Part shown: in pieces, positions 55,441-63,500 of the stretch | How positions within the stretch are numbered: position 1 is the first letter of the stretch | Layout: every line of letters begins with the position of its first letter | Assembly: GCA_963716415.1 (NCBI GenBank) | Contig: OY970311.1 | Location: 1,054,931 to 1,118,930, forward strand | Direction: 5' to 3' | Source: Vulcanimicrobiota bacterium | GTDB lineage: Bacteria; Vulcanimicrobiota; Vulcanimicrobiia; Vulcanimicrobiales; Vulcanimicrobiaceae | DNA length: 64,000 nt | Program-made: the position numbers and the translations under genes | The notes under the pieces: generated by a model | What the model was told of the DNA's origin: nothing | Database searches by the model: none | The model's input: the letters and a program-made list of their open reading frames with translations, nothing else

Positions 55441-56066
55441 CAGCGCGCTAGGATGCCGGCGTGGCCGCCTGTCACCATACCCGGAACGTTCTCCATGACG
55501 AAATAGCGCGGCTTGATGGCTCCAATCAAGTCGGCGAACTTGTAGACTAGCTTGTTGCGATCATCCGAGACATCGCGCTTCCCCATTGTACTAAACCCCT
55601 GGCAAGGCGGACCGCCGAAGATGCAGTCAATTACTCCCGTCCAATCGGAATCAGCGTGGCCGTGTGCCGCGAAGCCCTTCTTAGCAGCTTCCAGCAAAAT
55701 GGGCGCCTCTATGCGCGCCACATCGTCGCACACGACTTTCGTTAGGGGAAAATTGAATTCATGAACGGCGGCGTGAACCGGATCGTACTCGACCGAAGCA
55801 ACAATGTCGAAGCCAGCCTGCTCAAAGCCGAGCGACAGGCCACCGACCCCGGCGAACAGATCGATCGCGATCGGGCGTCTAACCTGTCGCTTTTCAATCG
55901 ACGCGCTCGCGGAGATACGCCGCCCTGTAACGTGTGCCTTCGGGGTACACCCCTTCCGTGTTGGCACCGGTCTCGCCACTACCTGCTGTATCCACTGATT
56001 TTCCACTCCCAATATATAGTTGTCCCCACGTTCTTCACGCGCGAACGTATGTTCGTATGATACCAC
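55440..56066 (-). CDS. DNA (cytosine-5)-methyltransferase, N-terminal part (motifs I-VI)
   Basis: 'IDLFAGVGGLSLGF', 'GGPPCQGFSTMGKR', 'YFVMENVPGM'. GTG start at 56066. Confidence 0.85.
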   Translation of the reverse strand: MVSYEHTFAREERGDNYILGVENQWIQQVVARPVPTRKGCTPKAHVTGRRISASASIEKRQVRRPIAIDLFAGVGGLSLGFEQAGFDIVASVEYDPVHAAVHEFNFPLTKVVCDDVARIEAPILLEAAKKGFAAHGHADSDWTGVIDCIFGGPPCQGFSTMGKRDVSDDRNKLVYKFADLIGAIKPRYFVMENVPGMVTGGHAGILAR

Positions 56067-56106
56067 TTGTCAAGGATATGTTGTTGCCGATTTGTTTCCG
56101 GCGCGG

Positions 56107-56612
56107 CTAGAGAACGGCTTTTAGCCTCTCGATCTTCAAAGCGAGGAGCGCCATAGCGATAGTGCCCACCTCTGCGTACAGATACGCGGCGACAATACGA
56201 AGGTCCGATAGGTCGGGCGCGTACCGATAGTGCCTTATGAATGCGGAGATCCGTCCTTGGCGCGCGCTGAACTCCGCGCCGGCGCGATCCGCAAGATAGT
56301 CTCGCCAGTCCCGACCTTGCTTCTTCGTATTACAATCTCGGCACGCCGGCACAATGTTGCCCCACGCGTGCAACCCGAGACTTGCGCGATTAGTTGGTAC
56401 CAGGTGGTCCTGCGCCTCATTGCCCGGGCGCAGTTCTTCGTTGCAGTAGCAGCAGCAGTCGCCGAAATACTTTTTATCTCAGCGAAGTTTTTCCGCGATC
56501 CGTAGGGCTCTAGGCCTCGCTTCCGGTCGTAAACCTCGCCCATCTCCTGGAGGAAGATTCGCAGTGCAGTGTTCGCGATACCGGCCCTACCGCGAGGCAC
56601 CTGGCAGCACAA
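56107..56612 (-). pseudogene. HNH endonuclease, reading frame broken at an A5 run (coding strand; T5 at 56471-56475)
   Basis: 'DCCCYCNEEL...DHLVPTNR...HAWGNIVPACRDCNTKKQG' is an HNH/Zn-finger core. The N-terminal '...RKNFAEIK' is in another frame, and one extra A would join the two. Confidence 0.65.
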
Positions 56613-56624
56613 TCTCGACCGGAT

Positions 56625-57236
56625 CTACAGTAAACATCGACCCTCTAGGGCCTTGGCTAACGTGACTTCGTCTGCATAGTCCAGATCGCTGCCGATGGGG
56701 AGCCCGTATGCCAAACGGGACACCGCAACGCCGATTGGCTGAAGCAATCGCGAAATATAAAGTGCCGTTGCTTCGCCTTCGGCGTTTGGATTCGTCGCGA
56801 GGATGATCTCGGCTGGGTTTTCGAGGCCGATTCGCTCGACCAGCTCCTTCACGCGCAGCTGTGCGGTGCCGATGCCATCCATGGGCGAGATCAGTCCGCC
56901 GAGCACGTGGTAGCGGCCCTTGAACGCGCCGGTGCGTTCGATCGCGTAAATGTCTTTCGCTTCCGCGACGACGCAGATGATCGTGCGATCGCGCTCTTCG
57001 TCCGTGCAGAGATCGCATGGATCTTCCTCCGTCAGCGAAAAGCACACCGAACAGAAGCGCACTTTGTCTTTCACTGCGAGAATTGCTTCGGCAAGTGATT
57101 GCGCTTCGTTGCGCGGGCGATTCAACAAATGAAACACCAACCGCGCAGCCGTTTTTTGGCCAACGGTCGGAAGTTTCGAAAACTCGTTGATGAGGGCTTG
57201 CACCGGCCCCGTGATGGAGCCGCTTTTTGTTGGCAT
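56625..57236 (-). CDS. recR: recombination protein RecR
   Basis: HhH 'LPTVGQKTAARL', Zn finger 'CSVCFSLTEEDPCDLC', Toprim 'ICVVAEAKDIYAIE'. Confidence 0.9.
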   Translation of the reverse strand: MPTKSGSITGPVQALINEFSKLPTVGQKTAARLVFHLLNRPRNEAQSLAEAILAVKDKVRFCSVCFSLTEEDPCDLCTDEERDRTIICVVAEAKDIYAIERTGAFKGRYHVLGGLISPMDGIGTAQLRVKELVERIGLENPAEIILATNPNAEGEATALYISRLLQPIGVAVSRLAYGLPIGSDLDYADEVTLAKALEGRCLL

Positions 57237-57545
57237 CTACATGAGGCCGGGGATGCGCATGCCGCCGGTGAGGCCGCCCATACGGGATTGGGCTTTTTCG
57301 TTGGCCTTCGTCAGCGCGTCGTTGACCGCAACGGTCACGAGATCTTCGAGCGTTTCGATGTCGTCGGGATCGACCGCGTCCTTACCGATCTTGATTGATT
57401 TCATCCGCTGATCGCACGTCATCTCGACGGTCACGATGCCGTTTGCAGCGCTGCCTTGTACGGTGGTGTTGGCAAGCTCTTCTTGCGCTTTCACCATCTC
57501 GGCTTGCATCTTCTTGACTTGCTGCATCAATTGCGCCTGGTTCAT
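57237..57545 (-). CDS. ybaB: YbaB/EbfC family nucleoid-associated protein
   Basis: 'MQQVKKMQAEMVKAQEELA...VTVEMTCD...IKIGKDAVDPDD'. I prefer the ATG at 57545 over the ORF-track start at 57578. Confidence 0.85.
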   Translation of the reverse strand: MNQAQLMQQVKKMQAEMVKAQEELANTTVQGSAANGIVTVEMTCDQRMKSIKIGKDAVDPDDIETLEDLVTVAVNDALTKANEKAQSRMGGLTGGMRIPGLM

Positions 57546-57552
57546 ATGGCGC

Positions 57553-60500
57553 CTAGAATTCGCCGGGCGGCTTGCCAACCTTCTGTGAGACGTTGAAGTT
57601 GATCGTGCCGCTGTGCAGGTGGCTGCTGAACAGATAGCTGCCGCCCAGGCGGAAATCGAGGCCGTGTTTGCCGCTCACCTCGAGCGTCGGTGCAATATTC
57701 CAGAGCGTGCGATCGATCGACGAGTTGAACTCGGTCATCCCCAGCGCCGCGGGCTCCCCTTGCAGCATCGCCGAGACCGAGGTTTGGTTATTCCCGAGGA
57801 ACTGCGTGGCAAAGAGATCGACGTGGAGCCGCAGGTGCTGCTCCCCGATCGAGCCCATAGCGCCGCTGAACTGCAGGCCCGGCTGCAGCGTCACGAACGA
57901 GTCCGCCGTGCCCTGCGTCGTAATGCTCAAGCCACCCGCGCCGCTCTCGCTCATCGGGCTCATGTACATGCGGGTGTCGTTGAGCGCGAGGTACGGCGTG
58001 AGCGTCCATCCGCCGCGCAGCTGCAACCGTTTTTCTGAACGCAGGCCGCCGCTGAGGAACGATACATGCTGGGTAGAGAATGCCTGCGTGTCAGGCGTTG
58101 CGATCGTCCCGTAGCCGGTCGCGCCGTCGGCATCCGAAATCGACTGGCTCGGAAACGTAATCCAGCGATTGGATTGATAGCTTGAAACGCCGCCGGTGAG
58201 CTGGGCCGAATAAACAAATCCGGTACCGGCTTCGCGCTTGAGGAACGCGCCCGCCATGTAGCGCCAGCCCGTCATCGTGGTCGAGTTCACGTACAAGTTG
58301 TCGTTGGTGAAATTCAAACCCGCGCCGAAGAGCGTGCGCTTATCCGAGCTTATCGCGCTTTCGGTGCCGAGGTTCACGCCCGTCGCGCTCTCGTTGTAGC
58401 CGAGGATCGCGCCGCTCTCCATTTGCGATGTCGACGTATTGCCGATCGTCCCCCAGACGCACCGGTTGCCGGCGGTTGACGCGAACGTCGCCTCGGTCGC
58501 GCGGCATGCAGTCATCTGCTGCGAGAAACTCAGCGCGTTGGTCAGCGTCGCCGCTTCCACCGCGCCAAAACTTTCGGGCGTGACCTCGTCGTAGATACGC
58601 TCGAGTTGCGACGTGTTGGCGCTGCTAATTGCTTGCGCAATCATGCCTTGCAGCGACGGCGACGATCCGGCCGTTTGCACCGCGTTGAGATAGCTCCCGA
58701 CCTCTAGGCCCTCGGGCGTGAGCCCCGCTGGATCGAAGTCGACGTGCGATTGCAACATCACCGTGCCGTTCGGTCCGGGATCCAGGGTATAGTGCACGAT
58801 CGCCGATGGCGCCGTGCTCAACGTCATGGAATCCGACAGCGTGCCGTCGGCATCAATCAACGTGAAGGTGTGCGTGCCGGGTTGCGCGCTGCCAAGGCCC
58901 ACCGAAGCGATCGCCAACGTCCCTTGCAGCGCTGCATTGCCGGTGACGAGCAGTTCCGGCGGATCCGGCGCACCAATATTGACCGCCTCGAGCAGCGTGC
59001 CGCTCGACCCTTGGGTAAGATTGCCGTTGATCGTCGTCTCGCCGCCGTTATTTAAGAACCCGATCGCGAGCGTGCCGTTGTTCGTCAGCGTGTTGTTGGT
59101 GCCGCCGAGATTCACGACCGGACCCGCTTCGAATGTTCCGTTGTTGGTAAACGTATTCGTGCCGCCGGGCGCGAGCCAAACCGAGCCGGCCATCGAGCCG
59201 TTGTTCGTGATCGTCGTCGACGCGGTGTTCGACACGACAGCGTATCCATTCGTGTCCTCAACCAGACCGTTGTTGGTCAACGTCGCATTCATCCCAGCAA
59301 CAAAGTTGATCGCTGCAGCAGACGGCGCCGTGCTCGGATTCGTACTGGGGCCCGCCGCGCCCGAGATCACCGAACCCGTCGGCCGCACGACCATGTTGAG
59401 CGCACCGCCGCCGCTCCGGCCGGTGCTCGATTCCACGATCGCACTTGCGTTGAGCGCGTCGACGAGTCCGCCGACGTTCACCGTCACGCGACCACCCACC
59501 GATCCGCTGCCGGATGCGCTTTGCGCATAGATGCCGACCGCATTTGCACCGGTGGTAATGTCTTGTGCGCCCTGCCCGAACATCACCGACACGAGGCTGG
59601 CCGATCCCGTGCCGCCGCCGCTTCCCGCAAAGAACGTCCCCGCCGCACCGGCGTATCCGCCGCCGCCGCCAACCGATTGCGCGAAGATGCCGTCGGATGC
59701 AACGCCCGTTGTCTCGATCGAGCCGTTATTCACAATCGTGACGGCGCTGCCGCTTCCGGAACCGCTCTTCAACGTGGCCGTCGTCGGTGCGGCGATTGCG
59801 CCGCCGCCGCCGCCGATCGATTGGGCAAAGATCCCGAACGACGAATCGCCCGTTGTTTCGATCGTTGCGCCCGCGTTGTTGGTCACGTTCACGGTGTTGG
59901 CGCCGCCGCTCGCATTATTGCTCGCGCCGAGCATCGACCTCACCGTCTGCGTGTCGGTGAAATATCCGCCGCCGCCGCCAATCGATTGTGCAACGATGCC
60001 GTTGGCAAGTTGCCCTTCCGTAGCGATGCCGCCGCTGTTCGTCACGTTCACGGTGTTGCCGTTGCCGCCCGATCCGCCGCTTGCGCCAAGGAAGATCCCG
60101 ACGGGAACGTAGCCGGCGACGCCGCTGTAATTTGCGCCGGCGTTACCGCCGCCGCCGCCGATCGACTGCGCGATGATGCCGTTCGCGAGCGCGCCATTCG
60201 TTTCGATTATTGCCGCGGAGGTCGTCACCGTCACAGCACCGCTTGAACCGCCGGCGCCGCCCGACGCACCGAATGCTAAACCCAGACCGCCGAAACCGGC
60301 CGCGCCCGCAACCGTAAAGCCACCATTGCCGCCGCCGCCGCCGATCGATTCCGCAACGATCGCATTGGATTCAATCCCGTCGGTGAACATGCTTCCGGTT
60401 TGCGTAACGCCCACCGTCCCGCCGCTTCCACCTAAACCGCCGCTCATACCATACGCGCCGGTTCCGCTCACCGCCGGACTCAACGTTCCGGAAACGGCGT

Positions 60501-63500
60501 ATCCGGCGTTGCCGCCGCCGCCGCCGATCGATTGCGCGAGAATGCCGTCCGCAACATTGCCTTGCGTTTGAATCTGTCCGTTGTCGGTAAGGCTGATCTG
60601 CCCGCCGCTACCGCCGCTACCGCCCGATGCACCGAGCGCGACATTGATACCTAAACTCGATGTGGCTTGTCCGCGCACCGCGTCGCCGCCGCTCCCGCCG
60701 CCATTGCCGATTGATTCCGCCATGATCCCGATGGAAAGATCGCCTTGCGTCACGATTGCGCCGTTGGTATTCGTCGATTGCACGCTCACATTGTTGCCGC
60801 TGCCGCCGCTGCCGCCGTAACCGCCCATGGCTACGCCGCCGGTAATCGACTGGGTGACGCTGCCGCTCACCGCTAAACCGCCGTTGCCGCCGCCGCCGCC
60901 CACCGACTGCGCAAGAATGCCGTCGGATTCAACGCCGGTCGTTTCCAACATCGCGGCCGTGTTGGTCACGCTCACGGCACCGCCGCTGCCGCCGGCACCG
61001 CCGGACGAACCGAACTGCATACCCGGAAACGCGACGGGATCTTGGCTAATGCTGATGCTGCCGCCAACCGCCATGCCGCCCTCACCGCCGCCGCCGCCAA
61101 CCGATTGCGCTTCGATCGCCGCGGACTGCGCGCCGCTCGTCATGATGCTGCCCGTGTTGGTCACCGAAACCATGGCGCCGTTCCCGCCGCCGGCGGTGCT
61201 GCCCATGTCGAGATCGAGACCCTTGATCGCATTCGCAATGGGCTGGCCAAACGTCGTCGTCTCACTCGCACCGCCAAAGCCGCCGCCGCCGCCGACGGAT
61301 TGCGCGAGAATGCCGTCGGATTGATCGCCTTGCGTTTCGATCGTGCCGTTGTTCGTGAGGTTCACCGTACCGCCGTTGCTCGCGTCGCCACCGCTGCCGT
61401 ACTTGAATCCGCCCCCACCACCGCTCGGCGTCACTTTCGCGTTGACTTTGAATCCAGCGGATCCGCCGCCGCCGCCGATCGATTGCGCCTCGATGCCGGC
61501 CGATTCGCCGCCGCTCGTGCTGATGGCGGAATAATTCGTCACCGTGACGGTGTTCGCGTCGGCGCCGCCACCGCCGGCGCTGCCGAGCGCAAGCCCCGCG
61601 TTCGGCGAACCGCTGAAAAGACTATTCGTCGTACCGGCCGCCGCGGCAACGCTGAAGCCGCCGTTCCCGCCGCCGCCGCCGATCGATTGTGCAAGGATGC
61701 CTTGCGATGAATCGCCCAAGGTTTCGATCATCGTGCTGCCGCCGCTCGTGCCGCTGTTGACGGTGACGGTGTTGCCGGTATTTCCAGCGCCGCCGTTCCC
61801 GCCGAAGGCGACTGCGATCGTGTTGCCGGTCGTGTTGAGTGATGCATTGACGGCGAATCCACCGTTGCCGCCGCCGCCACCGATCGATTGTGCGTCGATG
61901 GCCGCAGAGTCGGTGCCGTTGGTTCGGATGGAATCGAAGTTGCTGACGCTAACCGTGTTGCCCGAACCGCCGCTCCCCGCGTTGCCGCCGAAGGCGAGCG
62001 TGGCACTCCACGTCGGATCATTTGCCGGCGGCGACGTTCCGGCTTGCGCTTGGAACGTTACCGCGAAACCGCCGTTGCCGCCGCCGCCGCCGATCGACTG
62101 CGCAAGAATGCCGTTGGCATTGTCACTGTTGGTGATCAGTCCAACGCTCGTCGTTGCTGTTGCACTGCCCGCGGTCACGCCCACCGTGCCCGCACCGCTT
62201 CCGGTACCGCCGCTGCCGCCGAACGCTGCCGTCACCGACGCATTATTCTGCACTTGACCGGGCGGCGCAACCGCGGCCGACGCGTTGACGACGAAACCGC
62301 CGTTGCCGCCGCCGCCGCCGATCGATTGCGCTTCGATCGCGCTCGCGTTTTCACCAAAGGTCTGAATGTTTGCGGTATCGGAGAGCGTGACGTTGCCGGC
62401 GCTTCCGCCGCTTCCGCCCTTGCCGCCCAATGCGACCGAGTTAGTCGTGCCGCGCGCATACGTCGCGGTGACCGACCAGCCGCCGTTTCCACCACCGCCG
62501 CCGATCGATTGCGCGAGCACGCCGTCGGCATCCACACCTTTGGTGATGATGTTCGCGCCGTTCGTCACCATCACGACATCACTGTTGCCACCGCCACCGC
62601 CTTGACCGCCAACCGTCACGTTCGTGCCGCTCGAGTATCCCGTGCTTGGCGTCGTCGCGACTTGCCCCGATACGACGAAGCCGCCATTGCCGCCACCACC
62701 GCCAATCGATTGTGCGAGAATACCGTACGACTCAAAACCCGACGTCAGAATTTGCTGACCGGTGCTGGTGACCGATACGCCGTAGCCGTTCCCACCGGCA
62801 CCGCCCTGGCCACCAACCGCGACGGCAATGCTCGTGTTGGGGCCGCCGGCCGCGAGCGAACCGCTCACCGAGAAGCCGCCGTTGCCGCCGCCGCCGCCGA
62901 TCGATTGCGCAGCAATACCGGTGGATTCATCACCGTACGTGACGACGGTGCTCTGCGAGGAAACGGTCACGGTATTTGCGCCGGCTCCGCTGCCACCGTC
63001 GCCGCCGACGGCAACATTGACCGCCACCTTACTCGACGAGCTCAGCGAACCAGCAACGGCGAAGCCGCCATTGCCGCCGCCACCACCAATCGATTGCGCG
63101 AGAATTGCGTCGGACTCTTCGCCGCCGGTTTGCAGGGTCGTCGCGCCGGTCGTCACCGACACGCTTGCGCCGTTGCCGCCATTGCCGCCGTCGCCGCCGA
63201 CCCCGACGCTAACCGTGCCGCCGCTCGTAATGCCGCCAGCAACACTGAATCCGCCGTTACCGCCGCCACCGCCGATCGACTCCGCGAGAATGTCGTTTGC
63301 ATTTGCGCCTTGCGTCGTAATGCTGCCGCTGTTTTCGGCGACGACGACGTTGTTCGCCTCGGCGCCCGTTCCGCCGGATCCGCCGAGCGAAAATGCAAGT
63401 CCGGGTGCACCGCTTGAGATCGCGCCGCCAACGCTGAAACCGCCGTTGCCGCCGCCGCCGCCGATCGATTCGGCAGCAATGCCGCTCGATTCGTTGCCGC

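Larger units (their letters stand above)
49454..56612. other. lower-GC accessory block (candidate defence island) between the hairpin at 49.4 kb and the recR 3' end
   Basis: Spot G+C of 60-nt lines is about 52-53% here and about 67% in the flanks. Every ORF has a nuclease, methylase, glycosylase or HTH signature. Confidence 0.6.
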
